Shown here piece after piece: positions 47,507 to 58,079 of a DNA stretch of 64,000 nucleotides; the first letter of the stretch is position 1; each line of letters begins with the position of its first letter. Source of the stretch: a virus; the IMG/VR virus record IMGVR_UViG_3300034107_000273, positions 43,957-107,956 of that record; one strand, 5' to 3'. The notes below the pieces were generated by a model. The model saw nothing but the letters and a program-made list of their open reading frames with translations. It was not told the DNA's origin and made no database searches. The position numbers were made by a program, and so were the translations under genes.

Positions 47507-48244
47507 ATGGCCATATCAAAAAATATGGATGCTCCAAAAACCAGATATTCTGAAGCAGTAAAATCAACCAAAAGCATAGAGGCTAACAATACTGAGTATA
47601 TAGCCGTGCCAGGAATACAGGGAGAAAAAGGTGAGGTAGGCCCCGCAGGACCACAAGGACCTCAAGGCCCAAGAGGAGAGCGTGGTATTCCTGGAAAAGA
47701 TGGTAAAGAAGGACCAAAAGGCCCTAAAGGTGATCCTGGTAAGGGCGGTGGAGAGGGTTACGAAAGTTCATCAGGTCAATATCCAGGATGGGCATATTAT
47801 CAAAACAAAAATAAAAAACCATTATTTTTAGGCCCTGATAGAGGTCATGATGGTTGGGTAAATATTTTTATGGATGATGATGCAGATAATAATATTTTAA
47901 GATTTCTTCCAAAAGGCTCAGTTTCACTTTGGAATTCAGTGACACAAAGAATCAACCTAAAGGGTTTAAAAGCAGGATCTATTATAACAATTCGTTATGA
48001 TATTACTTTAAGCACATTTAACAATAATACAGAGGTTTGGTTTAGGACAGTTACCCCAGACCTTTCATATGGGCCTACGACTTTGGTTGGCAACTTAAAA
48101 TATCAGTTTGAATACGACCTATCCCTAGAACATACATTTTTTGTAGAAAATGAAAAAATGAAAAACCTAGGTGCATACTCACAGGTCCTTACTGATAATG
48201 AGTCTTCAATGATCGTTAAGTCTATGTATATAAATATTCTTTAA
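47507..48244 (+). CDS. collagen-like repeat protein
   Basis: about 15 Gly-X-Y triplets followed by a globular C-terminal domain. Confidence 0.8.
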   Translation: MAISKNMDAPKTRYSEAVKSTKSIEANNTEYIAVPGIQGEKGEVGPAGPQGPQGPRGERGIPGKDGKEGPKGPKGDPGKGGGEGYESSSGQYPGWAYYQNKNKKPLFLGPDRGHDGWVNIFMDDDADNNILRFLPKGSVSLWNSVTQRINLKGLKAGSIITIRYDITLSTFNNNTEVWFRTVTPDLSYGPTTLVGNLKYQFEYDLSLEHTFFVENEKMKNLGAYSQVLTDNESSMIVKSMYINIL

Positions 48245-48314
48245 AATAAAAATGTAAAATTAATATAATTGTCTGTATGTTTAAAATGTGTTATTTTGTG
48301 GTATACTTATGAAC

Positions 48315-49394
48315 ATGAGCGCCCAGAAACCTAATTCCATTGATTCTTCAACAAAGTCAGCGCCACTTGCACCTACAATAGGAACAGCAACAAATGTTGG
48401 AACTGGTCGTGCCTATAATAATGGTTCTGCAACAATTACATTTACTGCACCTACATTTGATGGAAAACTACCAATCACTTCTTATACTGTAACATCTAGC
48501 ACTGGTGGATTTACAGCATCTGGTGCTTCATCTCCATTAACTGTAACAGGTCTTGCTTCTGGTACAGCATATACATTTACAGTAACTGCTACTAATGCAG
48601 TTGGCACAAGTCCTGCTTCTGCAGCATCCAATAGCATTACTGCAACTACTGTTCCACAGGCTCCAACTATTGGAACTCCAACAGTTGCTACTGGTCAGGC
48701 TTATAGTGGATCTGCTTCTGTATCTGTTCCATTTACCACTAACGCAACTGGTGGTTCTACTATTACTAGTTATACAGTTACATCTTCATCAGGAAATACT
48801 GCTTCTGGTTCATCTTCTCCTATTTTAGTATCTGATACTGTAGGAACTGCTCGTACTTATACAGTTACCGCCACAAATGCAAATGGAACATCTACTGCCT
48901 CTTCTGCTAGTTCTTCTGTTACACCTTCTTCTGTTCCACAGGCTCCTACAATTGGTACCGCTACTGGTGGCGCAAGTGGTGTTGTGTCAGTACCTTTTAC
49001 AGCTAACGCAACTGGTGGTTCTTCAGTTACTGGATTTACTGCGACATCTTCTTCTGGACGTACTGCTTCAGGAGCTTCTTCTCCAATTCCGTTTACAGAA
49101 ATTTCTGCTGGAACTTATACTTATACAGTTAGAGCAACAAATGCAAATGGTAACTCTGCAGCATCTGCTGCAAGTAATTCTGTAGTGTCAACATTTGGTC
49201 CGTTCTTCCCACCGTTCTTCCCATTCTTCCCACCATTCTTTCCACCTTTCTTTCCATTTTTCCCATTCTTCCCACCGTTCTTCCCACCGTTCTTCCCAAC
49301 ATTTGGTCCATTCTTCCCACCTACATTTGGTCCATTCTTCCCACCGTTCTTCCCATTCTTCCCTCCAAGATTTGGTGGCGGTGGAGCAGTCTAA
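48315..49394 (+). CDS. three-FN3-repeat protein with C-terminal Pro/Phe repeat tail
   Basis: 3x APTIGT...FT...G...IT.YTVTSS...YTFTV.ATN; tail (PFF/PPFF)n. Confidence 0.8.
   Translation: MSAQKPNSIDSSTKSAPLAPTIGTATNVGTGRAYNNGSATITFTAPTFDGKLPITSYTVTSSTGGFTASGASSPLTVTGLASGTAYTFTVTATNAVGTSPASAASNSITATTVPQAPTIGTPTVATGQAYSGSASVSVPFTTNATGGSTITSYTVTSSSGNTASGSSSPILVSDTVGTARTYTVTATNANGTSTASSASSSVTPSSVPQAPTIGTATGGASGVVSVPFTANATGGSSVTGFTATSSSGRTASGASSPIPFTEISAGTYTYTVRATNANGNSAASAASNSVVSTFGPFFPPFFPFFPPFFPPFFPFFPFFPPFFPPFFPTFGPFFPPTFGPFFPPFFPFFPPRFGGGGAV
49191..49373 (+). repeat. coding low-complexity repeat TFGPFFPPFFPFF...
   Basis: about 60 residues almost entirely P and F, with synonymous codon variation. 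Confidence 0.9.
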
Positions 49395-49459
49395 ACGGTA
49401 TCCTGAATAATACAAATATATTCCATATGATATACTTGTTTTAAACAGGGGGTAACAAA

Positions 49460-50173
49460 ATGAACTCTTATGACGAAAATTCAAACGAGTGGTTTACAAA
49501 AGATCGTTCAGAGACATCATCCAATAGATCTAGTATCAGAGAGATAAACTACAATATCTCAGTAGAAAATCCAGCTCTTGGATTAAATATTTATAAAAAT
49601 ACATTCTCTGCTACAGATGCAAATAGGTATATAGACATTCTTGAGTCTAACCTATCAGGAGATAAAAAATATAAATGGTCAGAAGCACAAGTTACCAACT
49701 CTACAGTTCCGATTAAAAAAGCACGAGACTGTGTAGACTTTAAATATAAACAAGAAAACCTGGGTGCGAGAGATGAAAACAATTCTGAACTCTTAGATCT
49801 TCATCAAGAAATATATGAAAAGCTAAAGTTTTGTATAGACGATTATGCAAGGTACTGGGGAATTAATGTTGTATATTACGAAGCCTTTAACTTTGTAAAG
49901 TATGAAGGAGAAGGAACCCACTTTAATATTCATGCAGACCACGGACCAGCATATAACTGTACAGTGTCTGCTGTTATCTATATTAACGATGATTACGAGG
50001 GTGGCGAGATTAAGTTCCCAAGACTTGACAACTATGTTCATAAACCAAGAGTAGGAGATATAGCGGTTTTCCCATCTAACTATATATATGAGCATGCATC
50101 ACTTCCTATGAAGTCTGGAACAAAGTATTGTGTTGTTGTTATGACAGATATCAATGAATTGGGACACAAGTAA
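49460..50173 (+). CDS. 2OG-Fe(II) oxygenase (P4Hc-like)
   Basis: HAD...YINDDYEGG...FPS...H...GTKY. Confidence 0.88.
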   Translation: MNSYDENSNEWFTKDRSETSSNRSSIREINYNISVENPALGLNIYKNTFSATDANRYIDILESNLSGDKKYKWSEAQVTNSTVPIKKARDCVDFKYKQENLGARDENNSELLDLHQEIYEKLKFCIDDYARYWGINVVYYEAFNFVKYEGEGTHFNIHADHGPAYNCTVSAVIYINDDYEGGEIKFPRLDNYVHKPRVGDIAVFPSNYIYEHASLPMKSGTKYCVVVMTDINELGHK

Positions 50174-50943
50174 TGTCTTTAGTTGCTATATTTAGATCCT
50201 TTAGGCCATGGATTAACAAAGATAGCAAGTCTACTCCTACATCAACTCAAAATGAAATACCTCAATGGTATAAGGATGCTGATAGATTTGCAAAAAATGA
50301 ATTAACTGGTGAGTACTATAAAGCACCAAAAGAGGTTTGCCCATTTCCAAAAGAAGGAACACAGGATGACTATGGAAAGATTCCAACATGGAAAGCGTGT
50401 CCAGCAATCATGGATGCATTTTTAACTGGATATGTATTAAAGACTCCTTGTGATCTTATATTTTTTAAAAATGAAAATGGATCAATAGATGTTAGAATTG
50501 ATGATGAAAAACATTTAGATTTTTGTAGCAAAAGATTTGCAATGCCACAATTTGAACATCCAAAAGGTTTTTATAAAGATCACTTTGCATGGTATCCAGA
50601 CTGGGGATTAGAGTTGCCAGAAGGATATAGCGCAATCTATATGACTCCAATGAATAGATTTGATTTACCATTTATGAATACAACTGGAATTATTGATAAT
50701 GATAGTGTTCATCTTTTAGGGACAATACCCTTTTTTATTCCAGAGGGATGGGAAGGAACTATTCCAGCAGGAACTCCTTATGTACAAATAATTCCATTTA
50801 AGAGAGAAAACTGGTATCATGAACTAGAATATTTAAATCATAAAGATATGTATGATAGAATGATATCAAATGCAAGTTTTTACCGTCAGCCTGATGGCGG
50901 TGTATATAAGAATAAGGTTTGGACTAGAAGAGAATATAAATAG
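50173..50943 (+). CDS. DUF6065-related hypothetical protein
   Basis: KACPAIMDAFLTGY, TGIIDND and GTPYVQIIPFKRE motifs. Confidence 0.5.
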   Translation: MSLVAIFRSFRPWINKDSKSTPTSTQNEIPQWYKDADRFAKNELTGEYYKAPKEVCPFPKEGTQDDYGKIPTWKACPAIMDAFLTGYVLKTPCDLIFFKNENGSIDVRIDDEKHLDFCSKRFAMPQFEHPKGFYKDHFAWYPDWGLELPEGYSAIYMTPMNRFDLPFMNTTGIIDNDSVHLLGTIPFFIPEGWEGTIPAGTPYVQIIPFKRENWYHELEYLNHKDMYDRMISNASFYRQPDGGVYKNKVWTRREYK

Positions 50944-50951
50944 GGGGAAAT

Positions 50952-51608
50952 ATGAATACTTGGACAGAGAAGGTAAATTTTGGTAATGGAATTGTTTGTT
51001 ATCGTAATGTAATTAATTCTGATATCAAAGTTATAGAAAGACTTGAGGCTAACTTAAAGCCAGAAGGAGACAAAACGGGCTACAGCTGGTTGCCAGCGTA
51101 TGTAGGCTATGGTGATTTAATGCCAGAATACAGAGATTGCAATGACTTTAAGTTTAAAAAAACAGACCTTCAATATGATAAAAGTGAAACATCTGTAAAT
51201 CTTCAAAGCCTATGGCAAGATGTTTATGATGTTCAGTTCCCAGCAGTTGAAGACTATAGAAGAGACTATAACATTATGGATCTTAGATACTGGGAGGCTT
51301 TTAACTTTATCAAGTATGGCCCAGGACAACATTTTCAAGAACATCATGATCACGGGTTCTCATACAACTGTACTGTGTCACTTGTAGCATATCCAAATGA
51401 TGACTATGAGGGTGGAGAACTATACTTTAGATTACAAGATTTAAAGATTAAGCCACAAGCTGGAGACCTATACATATTTCCATCTAATTTTATGTATCCT
51501 CATAAAGCTATGCCAGTTTTATCTGGAACAAAGTATTCAATAGTTACAATGCTTGATTACAACAAAAAGTTCCATACTCCAGAAATGTATGAGCCAGACA
51601 AAGAATAA
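50952..51608 (+). CDS. 2OG-Fe(II) oxygenase
   Basis: HHD...NDDYEGG...FPSNFMYPH...GTKY. Confidence 0.88.
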   Translation: MNTWTEKVNFGNGIVCYRNVINSDIKVIERLEANLKPEGDKTGYSWLPAYVGYGDLMPEYRDCNDFKFKKTDLQYDKSETSVNLQSLWQDVYDVQFPAVEDYRRDYNIMDLRYWEAFNFIKYGPGQHFQEHHDHGFSYNCTVSLVAYPNDDYEGGELYFRLQDLKIKPQAGDLYIFPSNFMYPHKAMPVLSGTKYSIVTMLDYNKKFHTPEMYEPDKE

Positions 51609-52324
51609 TGATAAACATAATTGCTGAAAAAGTAAAAGGATCTCATATAAACGTTACACCAATGTCTATAAAAAGAGATTGGATGGATGAAACTCCAGAA
51701 AAGCACGCATATAGGTGTTTTCCAGTAACACAAGCAAATATGATAGGTTGGACGCTATCTTGTGATATTGACATTAAGTTTATTTGGAATGGAGTAAATG
51801 ATACATCCTCAGAAAATGTAAAAATTTTAGAAGGTGGTGACATTGTTTACACTGGTAGAGGTCAGTCTAGTGTAAGCTTTACAACTGGTCTGGTTTTTAA
51901 ATCACCAGAAAACATAAGCCTTCTTGCTATTAATCCATCCAACTACTTTAATAAAGACTTTGAAACCATATCTTCTCTAATCAGTACTTCTTGGTATGAT
52001 AATGATTTTCCATTAGCAATAAAAGCACTCACTCCAAATAAAGAGATCACAATAAAATCTGGGGAGCCTTTAGCAACTATAATTCCTGTATCCTTAACGA
52101 ATATGGACAAAAGTTGTATAGAGATCGTTGATTATTTAGACAATGATAACTCTAGATCTAATGCTCGTAAAACATATGGAGAGGCAGCACAAAAGCTAAA
52201 CACTGCGGGGGCATGGACAGATTGGTATAGAGATGCAGTAAATGAAAAAGGTGAGAGTGTTGGCTCTCATGAAATAAAAGCTTTACGTCTTAATGTTCAA
52301 GATAACACACAAGGCAAATCATAG
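51608..52324 (+). CDS. DUF6065-family protein
   Basis: RDWMD...HAYRCFPV..AN..GW signature. Confidence 0.65.
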   Translation: MINIIAEKVKGSHINVTPMSIKRDWMDETPEKHAYRCFPVTQANMIGWTLSCDIDIKFIWNGVNDTSSENVKILEGGDIVYTGRGQSSVSFTTGLVFKSPENISLLAINPSNYFNKDFETISSLISTSWYDNDFPLAIKALTPNKEITIKSGEPLATIIPVSLTNMDKSCIEIVDYLDNDNSRSNARKTYGEAAQKLNTAGAWTDWYRDAVNEKGESVGSHEIKALRLNVQDNTQGKS

Positions 52325-52343
52325 GAAATGGTATAATCTAATT

Positions 52344-53018
52344 ATGGATAATATAGAAGCTTCTGTTGTAATAAGAAAACCATCAATGACACCTTCTGGC
52401 TGGTTTGGCAATGGCAAAGAGATGATTGTTGAATTAGAAAATTTTATGACAGCCCAAGAGATAGAGTTTTTAGAGAAGGCTGCAAAGTCATTAACAATCT
52501 GGGATGTTACAGAAAGCCATGTAAATGAAAATGGAACAGTTGTTTATGATTCAGACTACTGGAAAGATAGGGTAGCAACAAGTCCAACACTTAATAAAAA
52601 TGATCCAACAATTGCCCCAGTGATTGCAGGATTGTTTGAAAGACTTAAGCCAATCGTTGAAGAGTTCTATAAGGTAAAGGTTACACCTACTGGTACAACT
52701 ATCGTTAGATGGCTTCCAGGGCAGTTTCAGAAGCCTCACGCAGACAAGGAACTACATGAAGGACCAGACGCTGGACTTCCAAATGATTTTCCAAACTATG
52801 ACCTATCAAGCTTATTTTACTTAAACGACGACTATGAAGGTGGGGAACTGTACTTCCCACTACAGGGTGTACAGTTTAAACCAAAAAAGGGTGCTGCTTA
52901 TTTTTTCCCAGGGGACATGAACTATGTACACGGAGTAACAGAAATCAAGAGCGGTATTAGATATACCTGCCCATTCTTCTGGGAAATTACAGAACATACT
53001 GGAGACAGGAAGCCATAA
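52344..53018 (+). CDS. 2OG-Fe(II) oxygenase
   Basis: HAD...YLNDDYEGG...HGV...GIRY. Confidence 0.88.
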   Translation: MDNIEASVVIRKPSMTPSGWFGNGKEMIVELENFMTAQEIEFLEKAAKSLTIWDVTESHVNENGTVVYDSDYWKDRVATSPTLNKNDPTIAPVIAGLFERLKPIVEEFYKVKVTPTGTTIVRWLPGQFQKPHADKELHEGPDAGLPNDFPNYDLSSLFYLNDDYEGGELYFPLQGVQFKPKKGAAYFFPGDMNYVHGVTEIKSGIRYTCPFFWEITEHTGDRKP

Positions 53019-53891
53019 ATGACAACATCAAACCTTGAAGCAGTAGAAATATATCCAAACATTCTTGTTTACAAAAACATGTTTAAAGATATTTCAAAAT
53101 CTTACAAGGTTTTAACAGATTCTTTAGTAGAGTCAGAAGACAGACTTTTTAGTCCTTGGACACAGTGGTCTATTTTTGGCGACTATTTAAACCCTATAGT
53201 TCCTAATTTTTCTATGTCAGATAGACATGGTAATTTAAAAAATATAGAGACTTCAACAGAGATTCAAGAAAGTCAAAAAAACTTTGTTATAGAGATGCTG
53301 GAAAATTTTCACTTGGTCACAGAGGACTATATTAAAAGACATGATATTGATGTAGATTTAAACGATACATCTGTAGATGAGCTTGGTAATACCGTACCTA
53401 CCTGGAGATGGACTGGAGGAACAGTGGGAAGGTATCACATAAGCACTGATTCAGAGCCTGTAGGGATGAGGTATCATTCAGATTATATGAGAGAGCAAGG
53501 AAGTTCTCCAGGCTATAAGTTTGTAATAACTTGTACAATTTATTTTAACGATGACTATGAAGGCGGAGAAGTAGACTTTGTGATGGGAGACAAACTTGTA
53601 AAGTACAAGCCAGAGGCTGGAGATCTTTTAGTCTTCCCATCGGGTCATCCAGACTACTTGACAGAAGAAGGTAAGCCGTACCTTCACGGGGTTATGCCAT
53701 CATACAATAATAATAAGTTTTTAGCAAGAATGTATTGGCAAAAATATCAAAAAGGGACAGATGAGTGGTATGAAAAAGAAGCAGAGTTTGGAAAAAAAGT
53801 CTGGGCAAAAATGCAGCCAGAACTAGAAGAACAGTTTAGACTAAAGCATCCACAAAGAGCAGTAATAGAAAATGGAGTGAGATTAAAATGA
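53019..53891 (+). CDS. 2OG-Fe(II) oxygenase
   Basis: HSD...YFNDDYEGG...HGV...KF. Confidence 0.85.
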   Translation: MTTSNLEAVEIYPNILVYKNMFKDISKSYKVLTDSLVESEDRLFSPWTQWSIFGDYLNPIVPNFSMSDRHGNLKNIETSTEIQESQKNFVIEMLENFHLVTEDYIKRHDIDVDLNDTSVDELGNTVPTWRWTGGTVGRYHISTDSEPVGMRYHSDYMREQGSSPGYKFVITCTIYFNDDYEGGEVDFVMGDKLVKYKPEAGDLLVFPSGHPDYLTEEGKPYLHGVMPSYNNNKFLARMYWQKYQKGTDEWYEKEAEFGKKVWAKMQPELEEQFRLKHPQRAVIENGVRLK

Positions 53892-54643
53892 ACTTAAACA
53901 ATAAAGTTAGATTGACAAAAGATATTGTTCTTTATGAAAACTTTTTAACTAAAGAAGAGTCTGAAAAGATTATTCAAGTTTTAGATAAACAGTCTGAAAA
54001 TGGTGGTATTTCTTGGATGCCTATATCATTTTATGAATCATACTCTTCAGTTTTGCCACAAGACAACGATCAAGAAGTTATTGATGCTGGATTAAACCCA
54101 ACCATATTTTCAGACATTGAAAATGCAATGCCAGAAGCAATTGCATCAGTACATGGACTTGACCCAAAAACAATTTCAAAAATTGGATACCATACGCAAA
54201 AATGGGAGCCAGGAGCATATGCAAGAGTTCACTCAGATAATACTGACGAGCATGGTAACTCTGGAGCATTTACAAGAAGTAGATACGCTGGATTCTTATA
54301 CCTGAACGATGACTTTCAAGGTGGTCTTCTTAGATTCCCAGATCAAGACATAGAGATTAAACCACAGGTAGGAATGCTTGCTGTTTTTGATGGGGGATTT
54401 AACAACATGCACGAAGTATCTCTAATAGAAAGTGGAGTAAGATACACCATTGGGTCTTTCTGGGATGATAGAGAAGAGTCAGATTACCCACAAGAACTAC
54501 GAGATGCATGGGCTGCAGAAATGAAAGCTACTAGAGCAGAACAAGAAATTGAAAGAGCAGAATGGCAGGAGTTGCTTAAGCAGGGTTGGAAACTAGATAA
54601 AGATGGAAAAAAATACAAGTTAGAAGACATTGTAAATGATTGA
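53888..54643 (+). CDS. 2OG-Fe(II) oxygenase
   Basis: HSD...YLNDDFQGG...HEV...GVRY. Confidence 0.88.
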   Translation: MNLNNKVRLTKDIVLYENFLTKEESEKIIQVLDKQSENGGISWMPISFYESYSSVLPQDNDQEVIDAGLNPTIFSDIENAMPEAIASVHGLDPKTISKIGYHTQKWEPGAYARVHSDNTDEHGNSGAFTRSRYAGFLYLNDDFQGGLLRFPDQDIEIKPQVGMLAVFDGGFNNMHEVSLIESGVRYTIGSFWDDREESDYPQELRDAWAAEMKATRAEQEIERAEWQELLKQGWKLDKDGKKYKLEDIVND

Positions 54644-55295
54644 TACTTTTAAAAAACACTTAATAGATAGTGGGTATGAAGTTAAAGATATTACTCCAGA
54701 ACTATTCTCTGTTGAAAACTTTTTATCAGAAGATCAGATAAACACATTTTGGGATATTATTAATAGTACATCTCAAGAAGACTGGGAAGTAGAGTATCAC
54801 GCAAACCTAAAAAACTTTTGTATGCAAAAATTTGGTAGAGATGATGTAGACAATTTAGTTGCTGAAGGTAAGTTTGAAATTACTCAAAATTGGAAAGATA
54901 AAAACTTTAATATATCAAGTCATGAAATATACAGGCCATTATATGAGGGCATAAACTCAATGGTAGTAGAGTCTGATCCAGAGTTGGTTTTGAGTGGTTT
55001 TGCAACAATTCAAAGAATGCAAGCAGGAGTAGAGTTAAAAGCGCATACTGACCAAAGAACAGACCCATCTATAAAATACGCTACGATTGTGTATATTAAT
55101 GATAACTACGCAGATGGTGAACTGTTTTTTCCAAATCTTGATATCCAGTTAAAGCCTAAGCCAGGAACTATGTTATTTTTTCCAGGTAATGAGCAATATG
55201 AGCATGGAGTTAAGCACGTAGGAGAGGGTCCAATAAGATATGTTCTTGTTGGGTTTATTAAAGAAAAAAACTTTTATGAAAAAAATAAGTACTAG
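54636..55295 (+). CDS. 2OG-Fe(II) oxygenase
   Basis: HTD...YINDNYADG...HGV...IRY. Confidence 0.88.
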   Translation: MIDTFKKHLIDSGYEVKDITPELFSVENFLSEDQINTFWDIINSTSQEDWEVEYHANLKNFCMQKFGRDDVDNLVAEGKFEITQNWKDKNFNISSHEIYRPLYEGINSMVVESDPELVLSGFATIQRMQAGVELKAHTDQRTDPSIKYATIVYINDNYADGELFFPNLDIQLKPKPGTMLFFPGNEQYEHGVKHVGEGPIRYVLVGFIKEKNFYEKNKY

Positions 55296-55304
55296 GAGAA
55301 TCAA

Positions 55305-56039
55305 ATGAATAAAGAAATACTAGATCCAAAAGCATACTACTATACGGATGCTATTGAAGACTTTGATACCTTTAAAAAGGTTTGGAAAGAGTTAGACGAC
55401 CTTGAGCAATATACAGAGTCAGGTGTAAATGTTTGGAACCCTTGGACCGCCTCTAATGATAAAAATTTTATTTACGGAGAAACAAAAACATTTGATATTA
55501 ATGCGATAAATAGGCTTAGTGGAGAAGTAGCGGAAAAAAGTAAATATATTTACGATGCTATTATGACTACGATGTATAACGTTTGCAAAGACTACGCCTC
55601 TTCTTTAGGTGATTTTGACGAGCCAAGACTTTTCCCAACCTTTAATATAAAAAAGTACAATACTGGAGTTGGCATGGGCGCACATTTTGACCAGCTAGAT
55701 GGGGATAAGACATTAAGATACTCATTGGTTATGTACTTAAATGATGACTGTGAAGGCGGAGAAATTTCTTTTCAGTTAAAAGACTATGATGGCGGATGGA
55801 CAAGTGCAGATGGTTTCTCTAAAGGATCAGCACCAGCTGTAGATTTAGATTATGATATATCTGTTGCTAATGGTGCAATTGATTTTGGATTAAAACCAAA
55901 AGCAAATAGTGTAATTATATTTCCAGCATTTCCTCCATATTTTCACACGGCACATGTAGTAAAGTCTGGATTTAAGTATATGATTCCTGGTCACTGGATA
56001 CATAATGAAATGAATCTTAATCGCAACGAAAGCATGTAA
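55305..56039 (+). CDS. 2OG-Fe(II) oxygenase
   Basis: HFD...YLNDDCEGG...HTA...GFKY. Confidence 0.88.
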   Translation: MNKEILDPKAYYYTDAIEDFDTFKKVWKELDDLEQYTESGVNVWNPWTASNDKNFIYGETKTFDINAINRLSGEVAEKSKYIYDAIMTTMYNVCKDYASSLGDFDEPRLFPTFNIKKYNTGVGMGAHFDQLDGDKTLRYSLVMYLNDDCEGGEISFQLKDYDGGWTSADGFSKGSAPAVDLDYDISVANGAIDFGLKPKANSVIIFPAFPPYFHTAHVVKSGFKYMIPGHWIHNEMNLNRNESM

Positions 56040-56708
56040 ATGAAAACGGCAATCGTTACTGGATCTAGCAAGGGTGTTGGGTATGCAACAGTAAAACTGC
56101 TATCTGAAAGTGGATATAGGGTCATAGCAGTCTCTAGAGACTTATCAAGGGTATCTCAGATAGACTCTGATAATGTTGAAACATATCAACTAGATATAAC
56201 TGATTCAAAACAAATAGAAGAATTCTTTGAAAAATATAAAGACATAACCCTAGATCTTTTAGTTAATAATGCTGGTGGTGGATCTAGCCCAACAATGCTT
56301 ATCAATGAAACAATGGAAAATTTTAGAATTGCCTACGATATAAATGTTTCTGGACCAATGTATCTTTCTCAGCTTTTTGTTCCATGTATGCAAAGGTCTG
56401 ACTCACCAACCATTATATTTGTTAGTTCGTTAGGTGGAAAAGTTCCATATCGTAGTGGAGGAAACTATACAAACGCTAAAAGAGGCATGATGGCCCTAGT
56501 TGATACTATGCGATTAGAGTTTCCTGCATACGGTATTAAGGTTACTGAGATATGCCCTGGAACTATTGATACACTAATAGAAAAGCGTGAAATAGCACTA
56601 ACTGCTGAAGATCTTGCAGAGTCTATTAGATGGGTATCAGAGTTGCCAAGTCATTTTAATATTAATCATATTGAAATGAACCATATAAGCAGCAGTAAGT
56701 TTGCCTAG
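56040..56708 (+). CDS. short-chain dehydrogenase/reductase
   Basis: TGSSKGVG, NNAG and YxxxK (YTNAK) motifs. Confidence 0.9.
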   Translation: MKTAIVTGSSKGVGYATVKLLSESGYRVIAVSRDLSRVSQIDSDNVETYQLDITDSKQIEEFFEKYKDITLDLLVNNAGGGSSPTMLINETMENFRIAYDINVSGPMYLSQLFVPCMQRSDSPTIIFVSSLGGKVPYRSGGNYTNAKRGMMALVDTMRLEFPAYGIKVTEICPGTIDTLIEKREIALTAEDLAESIRWVSELPSHFNINHIEMNHISSSKFA

Positions 56709-56710
56709 AA

Positions 56711-57283
56711 CTAGGAAGGAAACCTAGTCATCCAAACCTTAGTCTTTGGCGTAATTCCATGCCAAGCAGACCAGTTTTTTCCACCGTTACTCATATGATA
56801 GGCAACCTGTGCATTAATAACAGGATTTAACAATTCACTGTTAAAGTTAATGCCAAACTTTGCCTTGCGATCATCCTTTAGCATTCCAATCATATTTATC
56901 TGGAATATACCGTAAGAATTGTCGCCAGTTTTTTCATTGCCATTAAAAGCCATTGGACGGCCATTAGACTCTTTTTTAGCTACCGCCCAAGCCTTCACAA
57001 GTCCATCACCACGAAAACCAACCGCATGTAGTAATTCTTTTAACTGACGATCTGTAAGGCTAACAGCATCTTGATATTTATGTAGAACGTTTAGGTCCTT
57101 TTTTACTGCTACCAGACTTCTAGGCTTAGAAACCAAAAAAACCGCCTTGGCGGTTGAAGGTTCAGACAGCGCTGGTTTACTTAGATTATTTTCAGTACTT
57201 AAAGCATTAGCTGCATTACTTAATGGTGCAATAAGCCCCAGTGCAGCAAGGATTCCAATCCAAATCTTTTTATCTCTTCTCAT
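56711..57283 (-). CDS. secreted lytic transglycosylase / lysozyme-like protein
   Basis: signal peptide; catalytic ES (KKESNG), GIFQIN and WSAW motifs. Confidence 0.8.
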   Translation of the reverse strand: MRRDKKIWIGILAALGLIAPLSNAANALSTENNLSKPALSEPSTAKAVFLVSKPRSLVAVKKDLNVLHKYQDAVSLTDRQLKELLHAVGFRGDGLVKAWAVAKKESNGRPMAFNGNEKTGDNSYGIFQINMIGMLKDDRKAKFGINFNSELLNPVINAQVAYHMSNGGKNWSAWHGITPKTKVWMTRFPS

Positions 57284-57425
57284 AATAATAACCTCCTAGA
57301 GACTAAAGATGCTACCCGTTGGTAGCACTATCTAAGTATAGCATCAAAATTTCCCCAAAAGCAAGTTTTGGTGATATTTATTTAAATTATTTTAAATTGC
57401 TATTTGATCGTGGTATAATATAAAA

Positions 57426-57836
57426 ATGGCTACATACAGAGGACAATCATCTACCTATGACATTGGTGAAAAACCACCATTTGTTAATTGGACAATCGTA
57501 AAAGGAGATACAGCATCTTTTAAGGTTTACCTAACAGATGATGCAAAAGAACCTTTAACTATTGATGACTGGGACATTGAAGTAGAGTTTAAAAGACCTA
57601 CCACTCCAGTTGATCCTCAAATAATTACAGATACCGCAAGCTTAATTTTTACAATTACACCAGAACAAGACCTAGATGATGCTGATGGTGAGTTTAAGGT
57701 TAATATAACTGCAGCACAATCCGCACAGCTAAGAACAAATGATATTTTTGATATTGAATTACGTCTTCCACAGAACACACTTGTTTGGACAGTTGCTCAA
57801 GGGAAGATTATTCTCCTTGAGGATGTTACAAACTAA
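57426..57836 (+). CDS. BppU-N-like virion protein
   Basis: VKGDT...FDIE...WTVAQG.I...EDVT scaffold. Confidence 0.6.
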   Translation: MATYRGQSSTYDIGEKPPFVNWTIVKGDTASFKVYLTDDAKEPLTIDDWDIEVEFKRPTTPVDPQIITDTASLIFTITPEQDLDDADGEFKVNITAAQSAQLRTNDIFDIELRLPQNTLVWTVAQGKIILLEDVTN

Positions 57837-58057
57837 TGGCAACAGTTGTTATAAATAATAATACACCAGTTTTTACAACAGACATTAAAAGAGTTTATGC
57901 TCCAAATGTAGAAATTACCCAACCAATTCGTGGGGTAAGTATAAACTCAGTCCTACCATTTAGAATAAGACTTACAGCAATACAGATACCAACATCTATT
58001 GGCAATGTACCAGCGATTCCTTTGCAGATTATTGGTTTCTCTAACTATATACTTTAA
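57836..58057 (+). CDS. hypothetical virion protein
   Basis: coupled ORF in structural block. Confidence 0.55.
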   Translation: MATVVINNNTPVFTTDIKRVYAPNVEITQPIRGVSINSVLPFRIRLTAIQIPTSIGNVPAIPLQIIGFSNYIL

Positions 58058-58079
58058 TATCTTATGATATAATTCACAT

